Translations under genes and position numbers: made by a program | The notes under the pieces: model-generated | The model's database searches: none | What the model was told of the DNA's origin: nothing | The model's input: only the letters and a program-made list of their open reading frames with translations | Assembly (NCBI RefSeq): GCF_009914755.1 | Contig: NC_060928.1 | Reading direction: 5' to 3' (one strand) | Length of the DNA: 64,000 bases | Origin: the human T2T-CHM13v2.0 reference genome, Homo sapiens | Part shown: positions 13,995-26,918 of the stretch, piece by piece | Numbering within the stretch: position 1 is the first letter of the stretch | How the letters are laid out: each line of letters starts with the position of its first letter

Positions 13995-15170
13995 AAATTA
14001 GGACTGAGATATGAGTCCATAGGTCAAGACAGATGGCTTATGAGAAACACTATGCTTTCTCCATGCCAATGATGAAGGTTTTGTTGCTCAGCCAAATCAT
14101 TTATATTCCTTGCATGTATTCCTTCCCAAGGGGCTTGCTTCTCAGTCCTGAATGCAAATAGATTTCTATATTTCCTTCTTCCATTTCTTTCCCCCTAGTC
14201 TGTCAAAATCTATCAGAAAATTTAGACATGTCTGAAGCCCAGAGATGAACCACTAAGGTAAAACTTGGGAGATCTGGCTGAATGAGGAATCTTAAAGTAA
14301 AAATAAGGTGGAGAGGAAGTGGAGGGGAAGGAGAAGAAGAAAAAGGAAAAAAACATAAGAAAATGAAAATTCAAAACAAACAGTGAACCAGTCTCTCTTT
14401 CTCTTTCCCTCCCTTGATCCACACCTGTTCTTTCATTAATGCTCTGACTCTTTGATGTTTCTTAGTTTAATATTCAAAATTTTTCTTCTATTGGCATCAG
14501 AGTCTGATACTTCTTATCAAATGGGATCAATTAAATCCCACCAAAATATTTAACATTTTACACTTTAGAGAGTAAATGCAATTTCATGGTTCAAATGAAA
14601 TTCAGTTTTAAGCACAGTGAATACCTTAGAGGCATCCAGCTTGATTCTTTTAATTTCTAAGAGAATGTCAGATGTGCACCCCTTTGGTTGCTGAAAAGAA
14701 GAAAATTCTCCATAGCTGTTTCCAATTCTCTTTGTATCCTGCTTCATGCCATTGTTGGTGGCTGGCTGCATCATTATAATATAGTTTTCCCTAGCATATT
14801 TTTTTCTCTCCTGGAACATAAGTTGCTGTTTCAACCTAGTTAAGCAGATCATTTTCATAGATGTTTCAGTAATATCAACAAAGCTTGCGAGCCACCAAAT
14901 ACTGGTGTGACCTGACTATGTGGACTTTGGTTCCTTTGATCTCTGGAAGGGAAGATGAGAAATCTCACAGGGTGAAGCAAGGCAAGTCCTAGCTGCTGGG
15001 ACACCAGGTAACTTCCAAGGCTAGAATAGCTTTATGTTCTCTAAGAGTAGAAACACCTCATTTTCATGTACTGATGACTTTAGCTGCAGGGTCAATATTC
15101 ACTTTAGCTGCAGTAAAATTAAGAAAGCTATGGCAAATTTCTCTTGTCGTTTTTAAAACCTGCTGGAGAA

Positions 15171-15602
15171 AAGCAATCTACAGATTCAATGCAATCCCTG
15201 TGAAAACTCCAATGGCACTTTTTACAGAAATAGAAAAAATCCTAAAATTTATATGAAACTATGAAAGATGCCAAATAGCCAAAGCAACTTTGAACATGAA
15301 GAGTGAAGCTGGAGGCATCATATTACTTTATTTAAAAATATACTACAAAGCTATACTAATCAAAACAGTATGGTACTAGCATAAAAACAGACTTGTAGAC
15401 CAATGGAACAAAATAGAGAGCCCAGAAATCCAAATCTGTGCATTTACATTTATATGATCTTTGACAAAGGTGCCAAGAACACACAAGGGAGAAAGGATAG
15501 TCTCTTTAGTAAATAATGTTGGGAAAACTGGATATCCATATGTAGAAAAATAAAAGTGGACCTTTATTTTACACTATGTACAAAAATAAACTCAAATGGA
15601 TT
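15171..15602 (+). mobile_element. Internal L1M (MA-like) ORF2 fragment with TSDs, no 3'UTR or tail
   Basis: Encodes [23 protein letters not shown]. Flanked by AAAACCTGCTGGAGAA (15155-15170) and AAAATCTGCTGGAGAA (15603-15618). Confidence 0.88.
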
Positions 15603-15631
15603 AAAATCTGCTGGAGAATTTAAGGTAGGAA

Positions 15632-17960
15632 ATTTTTAAAAATTGAGAAAATCATAGATTCACATGCAATTGCGATACATAATACAGAGTGATCTCTTGT
15701 ACACTTTGCTCCATTTCCCCAATGGTAACAACTATAGTGTATTAACAACCAGGATATTGGCATTAAGTCAATCCACCAGTCTTATTCAAATTTCCCCAGT
15801 TTTACATGTATTCATGTGTGTGTTTGTGTGGGTTTATTTTTATACAGTTTTATCATCTTGTAGGTTTATGATCCACCAGCACAGTCAAGATATTGAACAG
15901 TTCCAATGCCACAAAGATCTCTCCTCTTGCCTTTTTGTAATCATACCTGTCTCACTACTGCCCCAACATACTCTTTAAATAACCACTAAAATTTTGTCCC
16001 TCATTTCCATACTTTCATCATTTTAATAATGTTATATAAATGGAATCATAAACACAGTGTAAACTTTCCTTAATAAACTTTAATTTTTGAGTATTTTGCG
16101 TTTACAGGAACATTAAGCAGAAAGTATAGAGAGCTCCCATATAACCTCTGTTGCCCAATTCCCATGCACAGACTCTCCTGCTATCAACATCCTGAACCAC
16201 AGTACTATATTTGTCAGTCTATGAACGTAGAAACCTACATTGACACATGATTATTACCCAAAGTCCATAGTTTACATTAGGGTTCACTCTTGGTGTTGTA
16301 TGTATACCTATGGAGCTTGGCAAATGTCCAGTGAAATTTATCCACCATTATGGTATCATACAAAATAGTTTTACTGTCCTAAACATCTGTACTCCAACTA
16401 TCCCTCTCTCACCCTAACAACCCCTGCAACTACTAACCATTTTATTGTCTCCATAGTTTTACCTTTTCCAGAATGTTATATAGTTGAAATCATACATAAT
16501 GTAGGCTTCTGGAATTGGCTTTCTTCACACAGTATAAATCTCTGGAGAATCATCTAGGTTGTCATGTATATTAATAATTTGTTTCTTTTTATTGCTGAAT
16601 AATATACCATAATGTGAATGTACCACAATTTGTGTAATCATTCACTTGGTAAAGGACATCAGGACTAATGCCAGTTTTTGGCTTTTATGAATAAAACTGT
16701 TAAGAACATTCATGAATAGACTTTTGTGTGAATGCAAATTTTCATTTCTCTGGCATAAATGCTCAGAAGTATAATTGTTGGTATATTAGTTCATTTTTAC
16801 ACTGCTGATGAAGACATACCTGAGACTGGGTAATTTATAAAGGAAAAGAGGTTTAATGGACTCACAGTTCCACGTGGCTGGGGAGGCCTCACAATCATGG
16901 CAGAAGGCAAAAGGCACATCTTACATGGCAGCAGGCAAGAGAGAATGAGAGCCCAGCAAAAGGGGAAACCCCTTATAAAACCATCAGATCTCGTGAGACT
17001 TATTCACTACCATGAGAACAGTATGGGGGAAACCACCCTGTGATTAAATTATCTCCCACTGCCTCTCTCCCACAACACGTGGGAATTAAGGGAGCTACAA
17101 TTCAAGATGAAATTTGGGTGGGGACACAGCGAAAACGTATCAGTTGGGTTATATAGCAATTGAGTGTTTAGCTTTATAAGAAACTGCTAAGTTAATTTCC
17201 AGAGTGTTTGTATCATATTACAGCCCCACCAGCAATGTATGAGTGATCCAGTTTTTCCACAGCTTTGGTAGCCTTTGGTGTTGTCACTTTTTAATTTTAG
17301 CCATTCCAATAGGTGTGTATCGAAATCTCATCGAGACTTTAATTTGCATTTCCCTAGTTGATAATGATGTTGAACATCGTGTTATGTGCTTAATTGCCAT
17401 CTGTGTGTGCTCCTTGGTGAATTGTCTCTTCATATCCTTTGTCCATTTTCTAATTGAATAGTTTGCTTTTTTACTGTTGAGTTTTGCACATTCTTTGTAT
17501 ATTCTATGTAATAGTCTGTTGTTAGATATGCTAATCTGCAAATATTTTCTCCCAGTTTGCATCTTGTCTTTACGTTCTCTTCCCACGAGCTTTCACAGAA
17601 AAAAATATTTAAATTTTGATGAGGTCGAATTTATAAGATTTTCTTTTTATAGATTGGGCTTTGGTATCAATTCTGATAACTCTATCTAGCTCTAGATCCC
17701 AAAGCATTGCTCCTGTGTAATTTTTTTTCTAGAAACTTTATAGTTTCAGATTTTATATTAAAGTCTATGGTCCATTTTGAGTTCATTTTTGTATAAGGTG
17801 TAAGATTTAGATTGTTTCTTTATTTATTTTGCTTATGGATGTCCAAATGCTGCAGCACTATTTATTGAAAAGTCTATCCTTCTTTTCTGAAAGTGTCTTT
17901 GTATCTTTGTCACCTAACCATATTTATGTCATCTATTTTGTTTCATTGATCTGTTTCCTT
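15632..17960 (-). mobile_element. Nested L1MC-type elements (3'UTR plus ORF2 end); second L1MC 3' end at ~16070-16500
   Basis: Two successive L1MC-like 3'UTRs, then ORF2 C-terminal remnants (WTKDMKRQFTKE...CSTSLSTREMQIK). Confidence 0.78.
16782..17142 (-). mobile_element. THE1B/C solo LTR inserted in L1MC
   Basis: Full reversed THE1 LTR. Perfect TSD GTTGG at 16777-16781 and 17143-17147. Confidence 0.93.
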
Positions 17961-18104
17961 CTTACTAAGGTAGTCTATTTTTGCCATTGAATTTGTTGAG
18001 TGCATGTACTGTAAATGGATTCACTATAATTTATTTTAAGATCAATAGTTTATCGTCATTCTAGAGTTTTCTTATTTTTAAAAAGCTAGTGAATCAAAAG
18101 CAGA

Positions 18105-18255
18105 GATAATGACAATAGCTAAGATTTATTAAGAGCTTATGATTTACCAGGTACTATTCTAAGTACTTTCTTTTGTACAACTACCTTAAGAGGTCAATAC
18201 CATCCTTATTTTATAGATAAAGAAACTGGAGCAAAGAGGGGTTGAAGGTTACATA
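18105..18255 (-). mobile_element. MIR fragment
   Basis: ATAGCTAAGATTTATTAAGAGCTTA...CCTTATTTTATAGATAAAGAAACTG. Confidence 0.65.
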
Positions 18256-18511
18256 GCACTGTGACTCTAGAGATAGGACTGTTATTCACAATGCCAGACA
18301 AGTTCTTAGAAGGGGACATATTTATGCCTCTTAAGAGCATGGATAATATTGCTACAAAAGATACTGCTATGAAAGTTTGTACCTACATTTTGCTGACAAG
18401 CTGACCCATTATAAGAATAAAGATGTAAATTAAAGAGCAAAACATGTCTGCCTAAAAGTACACAAAATTTCCTGAAAGACATCTTTGAATGACATTCAAA
18501 AAAATTTTTCT

Positions 18512-18853
18512 GGATGTGAGGGCAATCTGGCTGCAATATCTTTCGCCCCATTGATTGGCAGGGTTGATTTGGCTGATCTGGCTGGCTAGGCAGATGTCCC
18601 CTTTTTCCCTCACCACTCCATGTGCATTCCTACCAAAGCTGTGCACTCGGTCAAAGAGGACGACCATCCCCGAGAGAGAAGGACTGGTCTTCAGTCAAGG
18701 GTATATGAGTAGCTATGTCCCCTTCTAGAACCTCCAAATAAGCTCTCAAGGTCAATTTGTAGCAGAACGTAGGGTAGTCAAGCTTCCAAGACTCCAGACA
18801 CATCCAAATGAGGTGCTGCATGTGGCAGTTTGCCTTTTTTAAAAAAAAAAAAA
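18512..18853 (+). pseudogene. Full-length processed 7SK snRNA pseudogene (RN7SKP-type)
   Basis: Colinear with 7SK from GGATGTGAGGGC to CATGTGGCAGTTTGCCTTTTTT (~329 nt), followed by an A-tail. Many CpG transitions. A-rich insertion site. Confidence 0.96.
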
Positions 18854-19254
18854 ATTCCTTACTTTTTCTTGCTATTTTTAACCTTTACTTTGAGAATATG
18901 CACCTGATTTTTGTATTAATTAAAATAAAAAAATGAAAGAAAAAGGTTATGTTTTTAGAACACTGGATGGTATATATTGACCTACTGTTATTTCTCCATG
19001 GTTTTACTTAAATCACACCTTGTATACATAGAAAATGTTGCATTAATCCTCTTATAAGTGAGCTTAGATTTTTTGATAGTAAAAAGAAAATGAATTTTTC
19101 ATAAAACCCTCTGACTTGGGTGTTTTGATGTGCATAATGAAGTTTATGAAGCTCTTTAAATATATTCACTGTAAAGCCCTTGTTGAGATTATGAAACTTG
19201 TTTTTAAGAAATGATTATTTTAATGATAGTCTTTATTACAGAAATTCTTTTTCT

Positions 19255-19493
19255 TATTGTTACTCTAGTATTTTCCTTCACTTTCACGGTAGTGTTAACA
19301 TTCACCATATAATTCATCATTATGAATAGAGAGAGCAACGGATAAAACAAGAGTGTTTTGTTTCTGGATGAATCCCAGGAAAATTTTAAGTCCCTTATTC
19401 AATTATGCATGGTACCACATTATGAATATGGTGAATGATACGGTGAATGTTAACACCACCATGAAAGTGAAGGAAAATACTAGAGTAACAATA
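19255..19493. repeat. Inverted repeat, 66-bp arms (19255-19320 / 19428-19493), with templated insert in the loop
   Basis: Arms are 61/66 complementary by manual alignment. Loop 19329-19417 matches 20365-20453 at 80/89. Confidence 0.95.
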
Positions 19494-19496
19494 GTC

Positions 19497-19594
19497 AGAA
19501 GTCTCTTCTGATTTATAAAACTGTAAGAGAATAAATTTATGTTGCTTTAAGTCATCAAGTTTATGGTTACAGCAATCATAGGGAATGAATTATA
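19497..19594 (+). mobile_element. MLT1 LTR 3' end only
   Basis: CTTCTGATTTATAAAACTGTAAGAGAATAAATTTATGTTGCTTTAAGTCATCAAGTTTATGGTTACAGCA matches the MLT1 terminal segment. It is truncated at the palindrome arm. Confidence 0.7.
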
Positions 19595-21898
19595 AGAGTC
19601 TTACTATAATAAGCCAGTAAAGAAATTTTAAAATACAGTTCAAGGAAAAAGTTCTTATTTGACAAGGCAGTTTTAAGGAGAAAAGAAAGCTGAAGTGCAA
19701 AGTGAGAATGGAGTAGAAAGGTAAGAAAAGAGTAGCAAAGGAGAAGGGAGTAGCTAGGTGAGGCTGTGAAGTTTGATATCTGTCGAAGACTGGCCAGAAT
19801 AATGAACTGGAAATGGTTTAAGCTTACTTCTGCTTTGGTTGCATAGCAAACAACTATGTAAATTATGTCCACCAGAAAAGTACACCAATGAATGTGTGCA
19901 GTTACCTGATGACCCTCTTGTTCCTCAAGGAGCTGTCACCTAGGTTCTGTGATCAAATATTGCCTTTTAAGTAATTAGTCTGAGGGTGGGGACATGGTCT
20001 ATCAGTGGTCCACGTACAACCAGTGAAGTTCTTCCTACCTGTGCCATAGTCGCATATGACTATGTTCTATTTTTTGTTGTGTTTTGGGTCTATAGCAGGC
20101 CTGGACATAACCTACCACATGAGCTTTCCAAATGCTGAAAGATAATATCTCATACAAATTCCATTTCACATTCTATTTTTTTCAGTAATTGAGTTTATAT
20201 TATAGTGGTAGCATTTTCTTCTTTATTCCTCCAGTAAGAAGCGGAGGTTCTACTCAATTTTGAACTTGTCTGGTATATATATATTGCACAGACTCTTTTT
20301 TTTGTCTCAGCAAAAATGATGTAAGATAGAAAACCCTCTGTTGCTAGGTTGAGAGGGAGAGGAAGAGAGAGTGACGGATAAAACAAAAATGTTTTGTTTG
20401 TGGATGAATCCCAGGAAAATTTTAAGCCCCTTCTTCTGTTATGCATGGTACCAAAACAACATGGCCCTGTCATAGTGAGAGGTTAGACCTAGATGAGGAA
20501 GGTGTCCAAGCCTCAAGGTTGAAGGCCATTTAAGTGTGATACTGAGAAAGCAGCCTAACATTATCAGCCTAACATTATCAGGCTTCCTATGGGAATAAGA
20601 TAATCTATGGTACCCTGTGGTTAGGACAAGGAGGACAGAGTGTGGGGCCCAAAGATGCAGAGAAAATATTTAAATAGTCATATTTCAGCAGATAACAGTG
20701 CAGGAGACATAGGGAATCATGTGAAATGAGGGATGTTTCCAAGGAGGTGATAAAGATCTAAAAAACAAGGACAGGAGTACATCAGATGCCCCTTGTACTG
20801 GTGCCAGGATGATAAGTAAGCGCCTCAAGAATGTAGATTATGCAGAAAAGGGAGAATCTAAATAAGCAGTCCCTGAGATGATACCTCCCAAAGACTAATC
20901 TGAAACAGCATGAGTTAATCTTACAGAAACAACTGGGGCCTCAAAACTGGATGAGGTTAGTTCTAAAAATAAAGCAATTTACATTAAAACATTTTTTGGG
21001 ACAAAAATTTTGACTCTCACAATCCCTTAACTTTCATTCTTAAGTACTTCTTAATTATCTCAAAGAATGGTGATCATTGACTTCATACTTGTCAAGCCTA
21101 GTGACTTTTCTGTAGTCTTTATTCTACAATTTCTGTGCTGGTTTTAGAACCATCTTCCCTCAGATTCCTCCTCACCCATATCCTTCTCTGGGTTGTACTG
21201 TTGGGGTCTGTTTCCTGGTCTTCCATACGGCTTGCTTATAGGTGAGACAATGGGAGACCTGCTGAAAACTGTCAGGGGATCTTTCTTCCAACTTTAATAT
21301 CTGAATCATACCTAGGTCTGCTTTGATTTTTTAAATTCTTTTGACTTTTAAGACACATTTTACTGCCTTTTCAAATGTCCATAAATTGTGATTGTTGCAT
21401 TATATTACAATGGGTGGTTCACTCATCTTCTCTATCCCCAACCTCAAGCATAAGTAAGTTTCCTAATGATTACAGCACCTGGCTCATAGAGAATAGACAT
21501 TAAAAGTTTATTGGCTAAATGAATAGCTATAGGTATGGGGTGAGGTAACAGAGAGAGCCTCCTCCTGAAGGACTGATCAGAATCAATGTTTGCCATAATT
21601 GCGATATCCTACTGAGAATCACTTTCTGTAAGTGTAATTCATGGAAATATGCCTTATCCTCAGGAATACTCATGTAGAGAAAAGGTGAGAAGCTTTGCTT
21701 TATAGAGAAGAGAGTTTTCCATACAGGCCTGCCTTTTGACTTATTGGAAAGGGAGAGGACTGGACTGAAAATGAACGTAGATCCAAAAATGGTACAAATA
21801 TGGAGATAATGCTTTTCAAACTTTTCCTTCTAATTACTCATCAGGGCAGAGGAAGGTAAATATGCACATCTGGATCTGAGTTGGAGGTAATGATGATG

Positions 21899-22020
21899 TG
21901 GACCAAGAAACCAATCTGCCATAGGCTAAGAGTCTATCTTGAACATTAATTTAGATGTCAATTCTTAAGTTAATATTCAAGATAGACTCTCAGCCTATGA
22001 CAGATTGCCTTCTTGCTCCA
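21899..22020. repeat. Inverted repeat, 55-bp arms (21899-21953 / 21966-22020)
   Basis: 48/55 complementary. The 12-nt loop contains the L1 TSD ATGTCAATTCT. Confidence 0.93.
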
Positions 22021-22572
<552 letters not shown>

Positions 22573-23615
22573 TCTCTTACTTTCAATAGAGTTGATATTC
22601 TAAGTGTGTGGCATGACTTTTACTCTGAGACATTGTCTATCACTGGCTCAGGCTTCTTCAGCAGGAGCTTCATATTTTCCATGCTTCTACCTTGAGAAGT
22701 ACGGCACAAAGGAAAAGATACATCACTTGCTGGTCGCAGACCTCATTCCAAGAGAACATTTTGACAGAGGAGGAGAGCTGGAGGTGGTCAGGTGCTTGCA
22801 GTGCGGGGCAGGAGAGGAGTTTGAGATGTGGATGGGAGAGGCCACTGAAAACTTAGAGTGGGTTTTCCTTTGGATTTTTACTTTGGTTAATTCTGGTATT
22901 TAAAAATTTTGGGCAGCAATGATTTTGATTAATATTAACCACATCTTTTCCCTTCAATCATTTAAAATGGCTCCATTTTCCTGTTATAAAATGGCCAGTA
23001 AGAGAAAATCTGATCTTGGTGGATAACCTGTGTGTCCTGCCCTAAACTAAAACGCTTAAATATTGTTACTGTGGTCTCAGAAGACAAAATGTCCCAGATC
23101 TATTTATTTTTAGTAAGCGCACCTTACTAAAGCACACTTCACCTTTGCTCTTACCAGGTATGTACAATCCCATTTAGGAGATAAGTGCTGAGCTGGGGGA
23201 AATAGAAGCCCTGAACACTCTGAAATCTTATATGCAAATTATATCACAGTTGCATTATTTGCTAAAGTTCATTTTGAGGCACTCTGGGATGTGATTAATT
23301 TTAAGGGTAATGCAGGATGTTGTCTACTGAATTCAGAAGCCCTGAGGGATAAATACATTTGCCTATTTTCTTATTACTAAGGGGATGGTTAATAGAAAAT
23401 GGAAGCAGAATACTTACAGTAGAACATTATAGTATCTAATTTTTACAGGAGGCATAAACTATGCTGGGAGCTACGCTATAGGATAAATGAGCCTATTGCA
23501 GCACAGATCAGGCTAATAAAATAAATGTATGTAAAAATATGTTTATTTGCTCTCTTCTATGCATCACAAGAATGCCTCGTGCCTCTTGGAGAAGAGTCCA
23601 TCATCCACCTGTGTA

Positions 23616-23616
<1 letters not shown>

Positions 23617-23667
<51 letters not shown>

Positions 23668-23718
23668 ATCGATCGATCTATCCATCTCTCTATTTATCTA
23701 TCTACCTATTTATCTATC
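23617..23718. repeat. (TATC)12 tetranucleotide STR with degenerate tail
   Basis: 12 perfect TATC units (23617-23664), then GATC/CATC/TATT variants. Confidence 0.97.
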
Positions 23719-23978
23719 TTTCAAACTCTTCCAGATCTCCTTAGCCATAATTTACCACCTCCTTATTTAAACTTATATTCCATAACATCTACAACAATCA
23801 TTTGACAATTCATCTTGTAATGCACTACTTTAAAATTGATATTTAGATTCTGTGTGGCATAGCTAATATATTTTCTTCCTAACTGGACTATAAGCCTTCA
23901 GGGAACAGGGACTATGATTTTCTTTATGTGTTGCACAAATATCCTAATGTAGATATGAATGAATATTTTATGGAGTTG

Positions 23979-24038
23979 TTTCAGTTATATTTTTTTCAGT
24001 TATATTGTTTTCAGTTATATATGTTTCAGTTATATATG
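23979..24038. repeat. 15-bp minisatellite x4
   Basis: TTTCAGTTATATNNN repeated four times. Confidence 0.9.
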
Positions 24039-24296
24039 TTTTAAATGTGTTTCAGGCACATTTAAAACAATAATAATAGAAAATGGAATTTCAAAAATAT
24101 TTAGCATTTCCTCAAGGAGCCAGGTATATGTAGTCAGATTATTTTCCTCTTCATGAGTAACTACTCATGCCAATTTATTTCATGAATATTATTGAGAATT
24201 TTATTTTTAGGGCACTGTTATGCACGGTGGAAGGGAATGTGGATGTGTCCTGAATGTAATGAAGAAAGGATATACATAAACATCTAACTATTGAGA

Positions 24297-24462
24297 AGTC
24301 TTACTTCTCAATGTGTGTTCTGTGGACCAGCAGCCTTGGCAACACTGGGATCTTGTTAGAGAAATGCAGAATCTCAGCCACCAATGAGACCTACTGAATC
24401 AGATTTGCATTTTAGCAAGATCTCAGGAAATTTGCATGCTCATGCAAGTCTGAGAAGCACTG
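24297..24462. mobile_element. MER5A/B (hAT-Charlie) MITE
   Basis: CTTCTCAATGTGTG...GGACCAGCAGC...GAAATGCAGAATCTCAG...GACCTACTGAATCAGA...TGAGAAGCACTGG. Confidence 0.85.
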
Positions 24463-25563
24463 GACTACAAAACACCTTCCAAAATCACTGTTCTTTCCCT
24501 GCTTCTGAACTGGCTTCATATATGGTGTTCATCAGATAGTTCCACAGGAGGACAAAGGAATGGGGCAAGGAACTAATGTCTATTGGCCACCTACCTTCAA
24601 ATACAGACAGACCTAGAGTTATCCTTCCTCCCTCTTTTCCCACTTCCAGATTCTCTGTTATTGTTAAGCTCATGGTAACAGGAGTTACAGACTTATAAAT
24701 TTCTACATCATCGTAATTGCTGTTTAGCTATATGGTCTAGCAGTGATGACTTTCAGGGAAATATCACTTACGTGACTTTTGTTGGTTGTATTCCCATCTA
24801 ATACTACACTCCTGGATGGAACCATGCGTTACAACTTGGGGCAGCATGAAGGAGTGATTGAGATGAAGTGCTAGAGTGGCACCTCTATCTGTTTGTAACG
24901 CTGGGTGTATTTCACACGCTAATGAATGACCTTACTGACTGCTAACGCATGCCAGAAAGCATTAATTTGATCCAGTTTTTACTGAGCACTGACGGATCCT
25001 GTCAGAAATAGGACTAGAAGATGAGATTAGACATTCCCTTAACTAGGTTTTAGAAAAGGACAGTATCTTTAGTTCCGTAAAATGAGTTGACATGTGGCAT
25101 TAAATTCATTGCTGTTATCTGTCATAGGCTTTTCTGGGAAGAATAATGAAGGCTAAACTGTATTAGAAATCTGGCTCAATCTTAATATTGCAAATCTGTT
25201 GGTAGGCCAGAAACAATGTAATTTTATCAGAAGGACTTTGGTTTGTAGAATTGTAATTGATGGAAGAGATAGCTTATACCATCAAAATTTTTCTTTGGGT
25301 TTTGAAAAATTTCACAAAAATCCAATAATTTAATATACAAAAATGAATTATGGTTCACAATATAAAAGAGACTAAAGAATAAATGAGGCAATGTCTCATT
25401 AAGCATGGTGGATAGCATACATGCACTCACTGCCACCTCCACTAAAAGCTTCCTAAAATGACAATACAGAGGTTTTTTTTTTTTTAAAAAAGTCATAAGC
25501 TCCATGAACAGAAAAACAAGGACAGGGGAAAAAAACACATAATTTGGAAGGAGAAAAGCAGCT

Positions 25564-26035
25564 TGTTCTGGTTATGTATTGTTATGTATTTGACTATCCC
25601 AAAAGTTAATGGATTAAAACAACGATTTTATTATACCTTACAATTTTTGTGGTCAAATCTTTGGGCAAGTCTCAGCTGGGTGATTCTCTCATTCCATATG
25701 CATTGACTGTGGTCACTCAGTGGTATTCGTCTGGCAACTGAGCTAGTCTGGAGTCTCCACGATGGCCTTACTCACACACCTTGGCAGGAGCAGCTGGAAG
25801 TCTGTGCCCAGCTGGATCTCCTTTCCTCTCCATAAACTCTCAGTCAGGGCTTCACCTGCAGGGTGGCTGGACTACATACCCGGCAACTCAGAGCTCCTAG
25901 AATGAGCATTCAGTCTGTTAAGGCCTGGGTCTAACAGTTGGCACAGCTCTCATTCTGTCATATTTTATTAGGCATGTGCTAATCTCAATAGAACAGATGG
26001 GGTCAAAAATTTAGGGCCATCCTTAATCTATCACC
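25564..26035 (-). mobile_element. MLT1H-like solo LTR
   Basis: TGTTCTGGTTATGTATTG...CCCAAAAGTTAATGGATTAAAACAAC...GCCATCCTTAATCTATCACC. TSD CAGCT/CAGAT. Confidence 0.75.
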
Positions 26036-26614
26036 CAGATGAATAGTAACATACTTAGAAGACCAGAGGAATCTGAAACCCCAGTCAGGAATAAGAGACG
26101 TGCAAAGGTCAGCTGAGTCCTGCCACAGAATTCTAGAAAGGCTTAGGAATTTCATGTCCTTCTGGAAAGAGGGAGAGGGGTCCAGGTAGGGCTTAAAATG
26201 TACGGGCTAGTTGAAAGTCTGTATAAAAACAGTCAGATCCTCTGATACCCTCCCAAAGCTTGCTGATCCTCTTGTCCATGCAGATAGGAGATCAGAGGCT
26301 TAATTTTTGGAGACATTGAACCACATAACTGAAAGCAGAGAACTACACAGAAAATAAATATATTAAGTAAAACTCTATATTGTTCCATGAAATGTCCTTT
26401 CCCACATTCACTACATTACCTCTGATGATACTGGCAGACTCTCAGATAAGGGCTGGAGGCTTCTTCTCTGGTGAAATTTAACAGTCCAAGAGAAAGCGTC
26501 TACAGATTTTGAGAGCTGTGGGGCCCGGGGAAATGCCACCATCAAATCCATCTTCAGTGAAGCAGTCAACATGTCCCATCTAAGCATAGAGCACCTATCT
26601 ACTCAGCCTTGTAG

Positions 26615-26839
<225 letters not shown>

Positions 26840-26918
26840 TAAAGTGAGCAGATAATCAAGGATCAACAGATATTTGAGGAAGTGTTTTAACATGCCAAAC
26901 CAAACAAGTAGAAATTAA

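Noticed and set aside
16052-16543. ACACAGTGTAAA / ACACAGTATAAA as TSD of the nested L1MC
   Set aside because: Both copies can be explained by ordinary L1MC 3' sequence, so the match may be coincidental.
19255-19493. Palindrome as a Tc1/mariner MITE or a CRISPR-like repeat-spacer unit
   Set aside because: The ends read TA...TA but match no TIR I recognise. There is only one repeat-insert-repeat unit, no array and no associated genes. A repair scar explains it more simply.
23525-23805. Three overlapping ORFs with YLSI repeats
   Set aside because: Translation of the (TATC)n microsatellite.
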